The notes under the pieces are model-generated. The model was not told the origin of the DNA, ran no database searches, and saw only the letters and a program-made list of their open reading frames with translations. Shown one piece after another: positions 1 to 8,753 of a stretch of DNA of 64,000 bases. The stretch covers positions 69,115 through 133,114 of the forward strand of contig CAZIUK010000001.1 in the NCBI GenBank assembly GCA_964542785.1, given 5' to 3'. Source of the stretch: an uncultured Planctomycetales bacterium. Its GTDB lineage: Bacteria > Omnitrophota > Gorgyraeia > Gygaellales > Profunditerraquicolaceae. Numbering within the stretch: position 1 is the first letter of the stretch; each line of letters opens with the position of its first letter. Position numbers and translations under genes: made by a program.

Positions 1-1
1 T

Positions 2-253
2 AGGTTTTGCGATTATCATAAGGTAAGCCGGCTTAACGGCTCTTTGAATCCTCTTGATATTGCGCAAGAAATATCCTCTATACCCCAGCTGCATTTTTTT
101 GGCGTTAATGACAAGATTGTCCCTTTATTTGTTAGTAGGGATTTTATAAAAAAGTTAGGTAAAGATAAGGTAGCTAAGGTGGTTGACGGGGTTACCCATA
201 GTAAAGGGTGGGATAAACATTGGCAGGAATTATTGTTGATTGAGTTAGAGTAG
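2..253 (+). CDS. 3' end of a gene that runs off the window start; C-terminal fragment resembling an alpha/beta-hydrolase (esterase/peptidase-like)
   Basis: Reading frame is open from nt 2 to the stop at 251-253. The track start at 44 is an internal TTG. The tail has an Asp...His arrangement (GVNDKIVP ... GVTHSKGW) like the end of the alpha/beta-hydrolase catalytic triad. Confidence 0.35.
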   Translation, partial: RFCDYHKVSRLNGSLNPLDIAQEISSIPQLHFFGVNDKIVPLFVSRDFIKKLGKDKVAKVVDGVTHSKGWDKHWQELLLIELE

Positions 254-270
254 GGGTAAAAAATATATAT

Positions 271-298
271 TTGAATTAGCAGAAAATTATGCTAAAAT
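271..298 (+). promoter_or_regulatory. sigma70-like promoter candidate upstream of the heptose-kinase/kds/lpt gene string
   Basis: TTGAAT (271-276), 16-nt spacer, TAAAAT (293-298), in the 90-bp gap before the CDS at 345. Confidence 0.35.
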
Positions 299-344
299 CA
301 TTAGTCTTAAAGAAGTAGATAATCAAGTAATGTTTTTCTAAATT

Positions 345-1358
345 ATGAAAAAATTAATAGATATAGTTAAAAGGTTAAATCAAGCGCGCGTTTTAGTTAT
401 TGGAGATATAATACTTGATGAGTATCTCTGGGGGGATGTAGATAGGATATCCCCGGAAGCGCCTGTCCCTGTTGTATGGGCGAATAAATTAACCCATGCC
501 CCCGGCGGGGCTTCTAATGTAGCTTATAATATAAGCTCTTATGGAGCGCGTGCTTATTTATGCGGGGTTATCGGTAAAGATAAGAATGCTTCTGTGCTCT
601 TAAAGGTTCTAAAAAAAGAGAATATAGATACTAAAGGGGTATTTGTTTTGCCTGATAGGTGTACTACGATTAAAACACGCATAGTCGCAGGGCATCAGCA
701 GGTTGTCAGAGTTGACTGGGAGCATAGAGAGCCGCTGTCAAAGGGCTTGATACTTAAGTTATTTAATTTTGTTAAAAAGAATATAAAAGGATTGGATGCT
801 ATTATCATAGAAGACTATGGCAAGGGGGTAGTTAATGCGCAGTTGCTTAAGATGTTAATCCGCCTTGCCCGTCAACGCAAAAAGATAATTTTAGTTGATC
901 CTAAGGAGGATAATTTCCAGTATTACCAAAAAGTTACCTCTATAACCCCCAATCGTAAGGAGCTTGAGAACGCAGTTAGAAATTTAAAGATAAAAGATGT
1001 TAAGAACAGGCTGAAGCTTAATAGTGATAAATTCTTTACAGATGAAGATATAGATAAGGCAGGGAAAAAGATATTAGAGTATCTTAAGTTAGATTCATTA
1101 TTAGTTACCTTAGGAGAAAAGGGAATTAAATTATTTGAGAAGAGGGGGAAGGTAACGTATATTCCCACCGCAGTTCAGCAGGTTTTTGATGTTTCAGGCG
1201 CAGGGGATACGGTAATTGCTACTTTTGCTTTAAGTTTAGTTGCCGGGGCAAGCAGGGAAGAAGCGGCGCGTATTGCTAATTACGCAGCAGGGATAGTTGT
1301 AGGCAAGTTAGGCACAGCAACTGCTACAAAGAAAGAATTGATAGAGAGGTTAAGTTAA
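345..1358 (+). CDS. hldA: D-glycero-beta-D-manno-heptose-7-phosphate kinase (RfaE/HldE domain I, PfkB carbohydrate kinase family), monofunctional
   Basis: N-terminal RVLVIGDIILDEY...PGGASNVA and C-terminal DVSGAGDTVIATFA (PfkB GAGD motif). 337 aa, kinase domain only with no adenylyltransferase domain. Confidence 0.75.
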   Translation: MKKLIDIVKRLNQARVLVIGDIILDEYLWGDVDRISPEAPVPVVWANKLTHAPGGASNVAYNISSYGARAYLCGVIGKDKNASVLLKVLKKENIDTKGVFVLPDRCTTIKTRIVAGHQQVVRVDWEHREPLSKGLILKLFNFVKKNIKGLDAIIIEDYGKGVVNAQLLKMLIRLARQRKKIILVDPKEDNFQYYQKVTSITPNRKELENAVRNLKIKDVKNRLKLNSDKFFTDEDIDKAGKKILEYLKLDSLLVTLGEKGIKLFEKRGKVTYIPTAVQQVFDVSGAGDTVIATFALSLVAGASREEAARIANYAAGIVVGKLGTATATKKELIERLS

Positions 1359-1359
1359 G

Positions 1360-2112
1360 ATGGATGTAATTGGGGTTATACCGGCGAGGTATTCATCAAC
1401 GCGTTTTTATGGAAAGGTCTTAGCCCAGATAGCCGGCAAGTCTATGGTTCAACATGTCTGGGAGAAGGCAAAACAAGCGAGGATGCTTGATGAGGTAATA
1501 ATTGCCTGTGACAATGAAGAGGTTGCTTCTGTGGCTAGCACTTTTGGGGCAAAGGTAGCTTTAACATCCAAGGCGCACTCCTGCGGCACTGATAGAATTG
1601 CCGAGGTTGTCAACCCTTTAGATGTCAAGATAATAGTGAATATCCAGGCGGATGAGCCGCTCATTCATCCGATGATGATAGATAGCGTAGCACGCGCTTT
1701 GGCCGAGGATAGTTCTGTTTCTATGGCAACAGTTAAAAAGAGGATAGAAGACAAAAATTTAATTAATGATCCCAATGTAGTGAAAGTAGTAACCGATAGG
1801 AACGGATTTGCTTTGTATTTTTCACGTAGCCCTATCCCCCATTTGGCGGCTGATTCTGAAGTCAAAGAACCGGTATACTTTAAACATATAGGGCTTTACG
1901 GCTACACTAAGGATTTTCTTTTTACATATAAGAATTTACCGGTATCTAACTTAGAGGGGATAGAGAAATTAGAGCAGCTAAGGGCTTTGGAAGCAGGGTT
2001 TAAGATTAAGGTCATTGAGACAAAATTTGATACCATAGGCATAGATACCCCTGAGGATTTAGTTAGGGTAGAAGAATTGCTTAAGAAAGAGGCAACCGAT
2101 GCAGCAGGTTAA
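1360..2112 (+). CDS. kdsB: 3-deoxy-manno-octulosonate cytidylyltransferase (CMP-Kdo synthetase)
   Basis: N-terminus VIGVIPARYSSTRFYGKVL typical of KdsB. About 250 aa. Sits beside kdsA. Confidence 0.85.
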   Translation: MDVIGVIPARYSSTRFYGKVLAQIAGKSMVQHVWEKAKQARMLDEVIIACDNEEVASVASTFGAKVALTSKAHSCGTDRIAEVVNPLDVKIIVNIQADEPLIHPMMIDSVARALAEDSSVSMATVKKRIEDKNLINDPNVVKVVTDRNGFALYFSRSPIPHLAADSEVKEPVYFKHIGLYGYTKDFLFTYKNLPVSNLEGIEKLEQLRALEAGFKIKVIETKFDTIGIDTPEDLVRVEELLKKEATDAAG

Positions 2113-2932
2113 GATTAAGAATATAAGTATAGGAGATAAAAATAAATTAGTCCTTATTGCCGGGCCCTGTGTTATAGAATCAGAGCAAGAGGTTTTAAAT
2201 ACTGCCAAGAGGATAAAAGATATTACCTCTAAACTTAAAATTCCTTTTATATTCAAAGCGAGTTTTGATAAGGCTAATCGGATGTCTTTAGAGTCTTTCC
2301 GCGGGCCGGGGCTCAAAAGAGGGCTGGATATTTTAAATAAGGTAAAATCCAAAGTAGGCGTTTCTATATTAAGCGATGTCCATTGTGTAAAAGATATTTT
2401 AGAAGCAGGTAAGGTTTTGGATGTTATTCAGATACCTGCTTTTTTATGCCGGCAGACGGATATTGTGGTAGCTGCGGCTAAGACCGGTAAAGCGGTAAAT
2501 ATAAAAAAGGGGCAGTTTTTAGCACCATGGGATATTCTCCCTATAATAAAAAAGGCAGAATCAACAGGAAACAAAAATATTATTATCACCGAGCGGGGGG
2601 CGTCTTTTGGCTACAATAATTTAGTTACGGACTTTAGGTCCTTAGGGATTATGCGTCAATTTGGTTATCCGGTTATTTATGACGCTACCCATAGCGTGCA
2701 GATACCTGCAGGCAGGGGTGGTTCTTCAGGAGGGGATAGAGAGTTTATAGAGGGGCTTTCGCGCGCCGCAGTTGCTTTTGGTTGTGATGGGCTTTTCTTA
2801 GAGGTACACTCTAATCCGGATGAAGCACTCTGCGACGGTCCGAATATGCTTGACTTGAAAAACTTAGATAAATTGCTTCTCCAGGTAATAAAAATAAGAA
2901 GGGTATTAGGGGAAAAAGAGGGGCAGGAATGA
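2099..2932 (+). CDS. kdsA: 2-dehydro-3-deoxyphosphooctonate aldolase (Kdo-8-phosphate synthase)
   Basis: LIAGPCVIES...ASFDKANR...HCV motif pattern of the DAHP/KDO8P synthase family. 277 aa. Confidence 0.85.
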   Translation: MQQVKIKNISIGDKNKLVLIAGPCVIESEQEVLNTAKRIKDITSKLKIPFIFKASFDKANRMSLESFRGPGLKRGLDILNKVKSKVGVSILSDVHCVKDILEAGKVLDVIQIPAFLCRQTDIVVAAAKTGKAVNIKKGQFLAPWDILPIIKKAESTGNKNIIITERGASFGYNNLVTDFRSLGIMRQFGYPVIYDATHSVQIPAGRGGSSGGDREFIEGLSRAAVAFGCDGLFLEVHSNPDEALCDGPNMLDLKNLDKLLLQVIKIRRVLGEKEGQE

Positions 2933-3897
2933 AAGTTGATATTTTAAAAAGAGGAAGAGAAGTTTTAGAGGTTGAGTCTTTGGCGATAAGAGAGTTAAAA
3001 AAAAGGATAGATAATAGTTTTAAGCAGGCGGTAAATATTGTATTAAAGACTAAAGGTAGGGTTATTGTAAGCGGGATGGGTAAGACTGGGATAATTGCTC
3101 GGAAGTTGTCCTCTACTTTAGCTTCTACTGGTACCCCAAGCCTTTTTTTGCATACTGCTGAAGCAGTGCACGGAGATTTAGGTAGGGTGACTATTGAAGA
3201 TACCGTAATTATTTTGTCCAATAGCGGTTCTACTGATGAGATGAAGAAGTTTTTACCTATTTTAAAAAAGATAGGGTGTAAGGTTATTGCTCTTACCGGA
3301 AATTTAAAATCAGTTTTAGCTAAATATAGCGATTTGGCCTTGGATATTTCCGTAAAAAAAGAGGCTTGTCCTTTAGGTTTAGCGCCTACTACTTCAACAA
3401 CTGCAGCTTTGGCAATGTGCGATGCTCTGGCTGTTTGTTTATTGGAGCTTAGGGGTTTTAAGGAAAAGGACTTTGCTTTTTTCCATCCAGGAGGGGCATT
3501 AGGGAGGCGGTTGCTTTTAAAGGTAGAAGATATCATGCGCACAGGCGCTCAAAGCCCCCTTGTAAAGGAAGATGAGAAGGTTTCAAAAGTTCTTTTAAAG
3601 ATTACGCAGGCAAGGGCAGGATCTGCCGTAGTAGTAGATAAAAAAGGAAGACTCTCCGGGATATTTACCGATGGAGATTTGCGCAGGCATTTTGAAAAAG
3701 ATATTAATCTGCCGAAACGAAAGATAAAAGAAGTCATGACTAAGTCTGCAGTTGTAGTGGGTAAAGATATGCTTGCGGCAGAGGCGATGCGCATTATGCA
3801 AGAGAGGCATATTGATGAGCTTCCGGTAGTTGATAGTAAAAGGCATCCGGTAGGATTGTTGGATGTCCAGGATTTGCTTAAGGCGGGTTTAATATAA
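2929..3897 (+). CDS. kdsD: arabinose-5-phosphate isomerase (SIS domain plus tandem CBS domains)
   Basis: SIS motif VIVSGMGKTGIIARK and a C-terminal CBS pair. Sits between kdsA and kdsC. Confidence 0.85.
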   Translation: MKVDILKRGREVLEVESLAIRELKKRIDNSFKQAVNIVLKTKGRVIVSGMGKTGIIARKLSSTLASTGTPSLFLHTAEAVHGDLGRVTIEDTVIILSNSGSTDEMKKFLPILKKIGCKVIALTGNLKSVLAKYSDLALDISVKKEACPLGLAPTTSTTAALAMCDALAVCLLELRGFKEKDFAFFHPGGALGRRLLLKVEDIMRTGAQSPLVKEDEKVSKVLLKITQARAGSAVVVDKKGRLSGIFTDGDLRRHFEKDINLPKRKIKEVMTKSAVVVGKDMLAAEAMRIMQERHIDELPVVDSKRHPVGLLDVQDLLKAGLI

Positions 3898-3901
3898 AGA
3901 T

Positions 3902-4435
3902 ATGACAAAAAAAAAGAAAATAGACGCTTTAGCTAAAAAAATAAAACTATTGCTTTTAGATGTAGATGGGGTGCTTACTGACGGGCGGATAATTTATGAC
4001 TCAAAACATAGGGATTCTAAGTTCTTTGATGTTCATGATGGTTTAGGTGTATATCTTTTAAGTAGGGTAGGGATTAAGACCGTTCTTATTACAGCTAAAG
4101 CTTCAGAGGCGATAGCCCCAAGAGCTATTGATATGAGGGTTGCTGAGGTTTATGGGGATATTTCCCCTAAGAGTGCGATATTAGCAAATCTCCTTAAAAA
4201 ATATAAGGTCAAAAAAGATGAGGTTTGTTTTGTTGGCGATGACCTTGTAGATTTAGGTTTGATGAAGCTGGTAGGTTTTAAGATCGCAGTAGCCAATGCC
4301 TGTCCTGAGATAAAAAGAATTGCCTCCTATGTAACCGTAAAGTTCGGGGGTAGGGGGGCTGTGCGCGAGGTAGCAGAGTTAATCCTTAAGGCGCAAGGAA
4401 AATGGAAAAGTATTATAAGAGAGTATGAGCGTTAG
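3902..4435 (+). CDS. kdsC: 3-deoxy-D-manno-octulosonate-8-phosphate phosphatase (HAD superfamily)
   Basis: HAD motif I LLLLDVDGVLTDG and motif IV FVGDDLVD. 177 aa. Typical KdsC size and position. Confidence 0.85.
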   Translation: MTKKKKIDALAKKIKLLLLDVDGVLTDGRIIYDSKHRDSKFFDVHDGLGVYLLSRVGIKTVLITAKASEAIAPRAIDMRVAEVYGDISPKSAILANLLKKYKVKKDEVCFVGDDLVDLGLMKLVGFKIAVANACPEIKRIASYVTVKFGGRGAVREVAELILKAQGKWKSIIREYER

Positions 4436-5300
4436 AGTAATAGCACTTTTGGTTTCCTTTTTCTTTTTATTTTTCTCTGACACCTTCGCCTCTTTCTCTT
4501 CTGAAGTTCCGCTACAGCAGATAAGTGATTTTTCTTTATCTGGGTATGAGGATAAAGGAAGAAAGAGTTGGGATATATCAGGTAAGTCAGCGGATGTTTT
4601 TACAGAGGTGGTAAAGTTAAAAGATATAAGTGGGAATCTGTATGCAGAAGGTGAAAATGTTAATCTTACTGCAAGAAAAGGTGATTTTAATAAGAGTGAA
4701 GATAAGGTCTATTTAGAGGATAATGTGGTAATTACTACCTCTAAAGGTGCTAAACTTACTACTGATTCTATGGATTGGGACAGGAAGAATAAATTAGTCA
4801 CCACAGAGGATAAAGTAAATATTAATAGGGATAATATAAATATTTCCGGGATAGGGGCTTTGGGAGAGCCTAATCTTAACAAGGTTTCTTTAAATAAAGA
4901 TATAAGGGTAGATATCAGTCCTTTACCAACAGAAATCATTACGGATGACTTAAGCAAAGGCAAGGTCTTTATCACCTGCGATGGGCCCCTTGAGGTTGAT
5001 TATGATAAGAATACAGCTATATTTTATAATAACGTTAGGGTGGAAAGGCAGGATATTATAATTTATAGCGATAGGATGGAGGCTTTCTTTGCTATGGATA
5101 GAAACGAAGTGAAAAAAACGGAAGGACTCCAAGAGCCTATAGCTGGGAGCATAGAGATTATAGTAGCCAAAGGCAATGTAAGGATAATCCGCGGGGATAA
5201 TATCTCTTATAGCGATGAAGCTGTGTATAATGCTAAAGATAAGAAGATAATATTAAACGGCAAGCCTCGGTTAGTTTTTTATTCTAAGGAAGAGTTTTAA
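4425..5300 (+). CDS. membrane-anchored periplasmic LPS-transport protein of the LptC/LptA (OstA-like beta-jellyroll) family, possibly an LptC-LptA fusion
   Basis: N-terminal TM anchor (VIALLVSFFFLFFS). Two consecutive OstA-like segments follow (..KLKDISGNLYAEGEN.. and ..NNVRVERQDIIIYSDRMEAF..AKGNVRII..). Sits between kdsC and lptB, where lptC-lptA normally are. Confidence 0.6.
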   Translation: MSVRVIALLVSFFFLFFSDTFASFSSEVPLQQISDFSLSGYEDKGRKSWDISGKSADVFTEVVKLKDISGNLYAEGENVNLTARKGDFNKSEDKVYLEDNVVITTSKGAKLTTDSMDWDRKNKLVTTEDKVNINRDNINISGIGALGEPNLNKVSLNKDIRVDISPLPTEIITDDLSKGKVFITCDGPLEVDYDKNTAIFYNNVRVERQDIIIYSDRMEAFFAMDRNEVKKTEGLQEPIAGSIEIIVAKGNVRIIRGDNISYSDEAVYNAKDKKIILNGKPRLVFYSKEEF

Positions 5301-5303
5301 AAG

Positions 5304-6026
5304 ATGCATCTTTTAGAGATTAAAGGTTTAAGTAAATCTTATAACGATAGAGAGGTTGTCTGTGGCGTTGATATCTTAGTTAAGCGCGGCGAGATCGTAG
5401 GGCTCTTGGGTCCTAATGGCGCAGGAAAGACTACTACCTTTTACATGGTCGTAGGTATTATCTCCCCTAACCGTGGTAGGATAGTATTTGACAATTATGA
5501 TATTACTAACCTCCCCATTCATGAGCGTTGTCGTTTTGGGATAAGCTATCTTTCACAGGAAGCGTCTATATTTAGGAAGTTGACGGTTGAAGAGAACATA
5601 ATGGCGATACTAGAGACTCTTCCCATAGGAAGAAGGGAGAGGTTTAGAAGACTGGATAACCTTCTTAATGAGTTAAATATAGCGCATTTAAGGAAGAATA
5701 AATCTTACACCCTTTCGGGGGGAGAAAGGCGGAGGCTTGAGATTACTCGGGCATTGGTCACTAACCCTTCTTTTATACTTTTAGATGAGCCTTTTTCCGG
5801 GATAGATCCGATTGTGGTTAACGAGGCTCAGGAGATTATAAAGGAGCTTAAAGATAAAGGTTTAGGAATACTTTTAACTGATCATAATGTAAGGGAGACC
5901 TTGTCTATTACTGATAGGGCATATCTTATAGCTGAAGGAAAGATCCTTATCTCTGGTACAGCAGATGAACTTATTAAAAATAGCAAGGCAAGGCAAGTTT
6001 ACTTAGGGGAAAAATTCAGAATGTAA
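5304..6026 (+). CDS. lptB: LPS export ABC transporter ATP-binding protein
   Basis: Walker [10 protein letters not shown], signature [11 protein letters not shown], Walker B ILLDEP. 240 aa. Confidence 0.88.
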   Translation: MHLLEIKGLSKSYNDREVVCGVDILVKRGEIVGLLGPNGAGKTTTFYMVVGIISPNRGRIVFDNYDITNLPIHERCRFGISYLSQEASIFRKLTVEENIMAILETLPIGRRERFRRLDNLLNELNIAHLRKNKSYTLSGGERRRLEITRALVTNPSFILLDEPFSGIDPIVVNEAQEIIKELKDKGLGILLTDHNVRETLSITDRAYLIAEGKILISGTADELIKNSKARQVYLGEKFRM

Positions 6027-6045
6027 TTTTTAATGAAAGGAAAAG

Positions 6046-6924
6046 ATGAAGATTGAGGTAAAAAAAATTGATGGTAATATAAGGGAGATTAACATTGAGG
6101 TAGGCGCTGATATCGTAGAGAAGAAATTTGACGATGTTTTTAAGCGTATTTCACAGGAGGCTAAGGTGCCAGGATTTAGGCCTGGGCATGCTCCAAGGGA
6201 TATTATAGAAAAGAAGTTTGGTACCCTTGCCAATGAAGAGGTTTTAAAAGAACTTATCCCTGATGTTTATAACCAGGCAATTAATAGGGAGAGGTTGGAT
6301 GTTGTTGAACTTCCGCAGGTTTCTGATGTAAAATTAAGCCGCAACAACCTTTCTTTTAAGGCAAAGGTAGAGGTGATGCCCGAGATTAACCTAAAAGATT
6401 ACAAGGGTATAAAGATTAATTATAAGAATATAAAGGTTTCTTCTGACGAGGTTAAACGCAATATAGACTCGTTTAAAGAGGCGCGCAAGATCGAAAGTTT
6501 AGATGATAATTTAGCAAGGTCTTTAGGGTATCCTACACTTTTAGAGTTAGAGGGTGTTTTAGAAAAACAAATCTATTTAAATAAGGAGTCTGCTCAAAGG
6601 CAGGATTTAGAGAATCAGATAGTTGAAAATCTGCTTAAGGGTGTAGAGTTTAGTTTGCCGCAATCTATGGTCAAGCGTCAGCAGGAGGATATGCTCAGAC
6701 AGGCTAAATTAGATTTAGCCTTAAAAGGCATTCAGCGTGAAAAGATAGAGGGCCAACAAGAGAAGATGCTTAAGGATCTTGAGCCTGAGGCGAAAAGGCA
6801 GGTTAAAGTTTATTTGATATTATCCTCAATAGCTAAAAGAGAGAATATTCCGGTAGATGAACATATGCCGCGCAAGACAATGGAGTTTTTATTAAAAGAG
6901 GCGGACTGGAAGATAGCGGATTAA
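6046..6924 (+). CDS. tig: trigger factor, short form lacking the central FKBP-type PPIase domain
   Basis: N-terminal ribosome-binding signature GFRPGHAPR (the GFRxGxxP motif). The arm/C-terminal chaperone region follows directly. Only 292 aa, against about 430 for canonical TF. clpP lies immediately downstream, as in the canonical tig-clpP arrangement. Confidence 0.75.
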   Translation: MKIEVKKIDGNIREINIEVGADIVEKKFDDVFKRISQEAKVPGFRPGHAPRDIIEKKFGTLANEEVLKELIPDVYNQAINRERLDVVELPQVSDVKLSRNNLSFKAKVEVMPEINLKDYKGIKINYKNIKVSSDEVKRNIDSFKEARKIESLDDNLARSLGYPTLLELEGVLEKQIYLNKESAQRQDLENQIVENLLKGVEFSLPQSMVKRQQEDMLRQAKLDLALKGIQREKIEGQQEKMLKDLEPEAKRQVKVYLILSSIAKRENIPVDEHMPRKTMEFLLKEADWKIAD

Positions 6925-6945
6925 AAAATATTTAAGGAGGCTATT

Positions 6946-7554
6946 ATGAGTATTAAAGGACAAACATTAGTTCCTATGGTTATTGAGCAGACAGCAAGGG
7001 GTTATGAGAGGGCTTATGATATATATTCAAGACTTTTAAAGGATAGGATTATTTTTATCGGTACCCCTATTGATGATTATATAGCCAATTTGATTATAGC
7101 TCAGATACTCTTTTTACAGATGGAAGATTACGCTAAGGATATAAATATATATATTAATTCCCCCGGAGGTTCAGTTACCGCAGGTTTAGCAATATATGAT
7201 ACGATGCAATTTGTAAAATGCGATATAGCCACTTATTGCGTAGGTCAAGCTTCTAGCATGGGCGCGCTTTTATTGTGCGCCGGGACAAAAGGTAAGCGTC
7301 AATCTTTGCCTAATTCAAGGGTTATGATACATCAGCCTTGGGGAGGGGTGCAGGGGCAAGCTGAGGATATCTCGCGGCACGCGAAAGAGATTTTAAATAT
7401 GCGCGATAAGATTAATCAAATACTCTCTTTGCATACTGGACAGTTGCTGGAAAAGATCCAGAGAGATACGGATAGGGATTATTTTATGTCGGCAGAAGAG
7501 GCCAAGGAATATGGTTTAGTTGATGAGGTTATCTTGCCGGGGAAGAAGAAGTAA
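6946..7554 (+). CDS. clpP: ATP-dependent Clp protease proteolytic subunit
   Basis: [11 protein letters not shown] (catalytic Ser), HQPWGG (catalytic His) and [12 protein letters not shown] motifs. 202 aa. Confidence 0.92.
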   Translation: MSIKGQTLVPMVIEQTARGYERAYDIYSRLLKDRIIFIGTPIDDYIANLIIAQILFLQMEDYAKDINIYINSPGGSVTAGLAIYDTMQFVKCDIATYCVGQASSMGALLLCAGTKGKRQSLPNSRVMIHQPWGGVQGQAEDISRHAKEILNMRDKINQILSLHTGQLLEKIQRDTDRDYFMSAEEAKEYGLVDEVILPGKKK

Positions 7555-7597
7555 TCCTGTTAATCTTTTTAAAAAATAGATAGGGAAAGGAATTAAC

Positions 7598-8737
7598 ATG
7601 CGTAAGAATTATCTTTTAACACCCGGGCCTACACCTTTGCCTGAAGAGGTTTTAGGCGCAGCAAGTAAACCGATTATACATCATCGCACTCCTCAATTTC
7701 AGACAATATTAAAAGAAGCGATTGAAGGGTTAAAGTATGTTTATCAGACGAAGAACGATGTTTTTATCTTAGCTTCTTCCGGGACAGGGGCGATGGAGGC
7801 GGCGGTTGTTAATCTTTTATCTTCTACGGATACGGCCTTAGTTGTTCAAGGAGGAAAATTTGGGGAACGGTGGACAGAGATTTGCAAAGCATATGGGATA
7901 AATACAGAGGTTATTAATATTGAGTGGGGCAAGGTAGCTAACCCTATAGATATAGCTAACGCGCTTAAGGCGAATCAAAAGATAAAGGCAGTATTTACTA
8001 CTCTCTGTGAGACCTCAACCGGGGTTGTCTTTGATATAGAGTCTATCGGTAGAATAGTTAAGGATACCCAGGCTGTTTTAGTTGTTGATGCCATAAGCGG
8101 ATTAGGAGCAATTGATTTAAAGACTGATGACTGGGAGGTGGATGTAGTTGTTTCCGGTTCGCAAAAGGGTTTGATGCTTCCTCCGGGATTAGGTTTTATC
8201 TCAGTAAGCCAAAAGGCATTTAAGTTAATCGAAACGTCTAAGAGTCCTAAGTATTACTTTGATTTAAAAAAGGCCAAAAAAGCATTAGATAAGACGGATA
8301 CCCCTTTTACCCCGGCGATTACCCTTATAATCGCCTTAAATGAGTCGCTTAGGATGATAAAGGAAGATGGGTTAGAGAGGATATTTGCAAGGCATAAAAG
8401 GTTGGCAGGAGCTACCAGGGCAGCAATTAAGGCTTTAGGTCTTAAGTTGTTCTCTGCGCAGTTCGGCTCGGATGTTGTTACTGCTGCTTGTGTGCCTGAA
8501 GGTATTGATGGAGAAAAGTTAGTTAAAAAAATGCGTGATACTTACGGAGTTACTATTGCCGGAGGGCAAGATGAGCTTAAGGGTAAAATAATTAGGATTG
8601 CGCATATGGGTTTTATTGAAGAGTTTGATATAATATTAGGTATGTCTTGTTTGGAGAAAGTGCTTTTTCAGATGGGGCATAAGTTTAATTTAGGAAGCGC
8701 AGTTAAGGCCGCGCAAGAGGAATTTTTAAAAGAGTAA
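7598..8737 (+). CDS. class V (AGXT-family) aminotransferase, probably phosphoserine aminotransferase or serine-pyruvate aminotransferase
   Basis: YLLTPGPTPLPEEVL start and SGSQKGL (PLP-lysine motif SxSQK), typical of the AGXT/SerC class V family. Immediately upstream of serA. Confidence 0.7.
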   Translation: MRKNYLLTPGPTPLPEEVLGAASKPIIHHRTPQFQTILKEAIEGLKYVYQTKNDVFILASSGTGAMEAAVVNLLSSTDTALVVQGGKFGERWTEICKAYGINTEVINIEWGKVANPIDIANALKANQKIKAVFTTLCETSTGVVFDIESIGRIVKDTQAVLVVDAISGLGAIDLKTDDWEVDVVVSGSQKGLMLPPGLGFISVSQKAFKLIETSKSPKYYFDLKKAKKALDKTDTPFTPAITLIIALNESLRMIKEDGLERIFARHKRLAGATRAAIKALGLKLFSAQFGSDVVTAACVPEGIDGEKLVKKMRDTYGVTIAGGQDELKGKIIRIAHMGFIEEFDIILGMSCLEKVLFQMGHKFNLGSAVKAAQEEFLKE

Positions 8738-8753
8738 TCGGGAGGTAGTAGTA

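Noticed and set aside
2811-3542. 243-aa minus-strand ORF
   Set aside because: Lies entirely inside kdsA/kdsD, which have strong family motifs on the + strand. Its composition is the low-complexity mirror of a coding strand, with no motif support.
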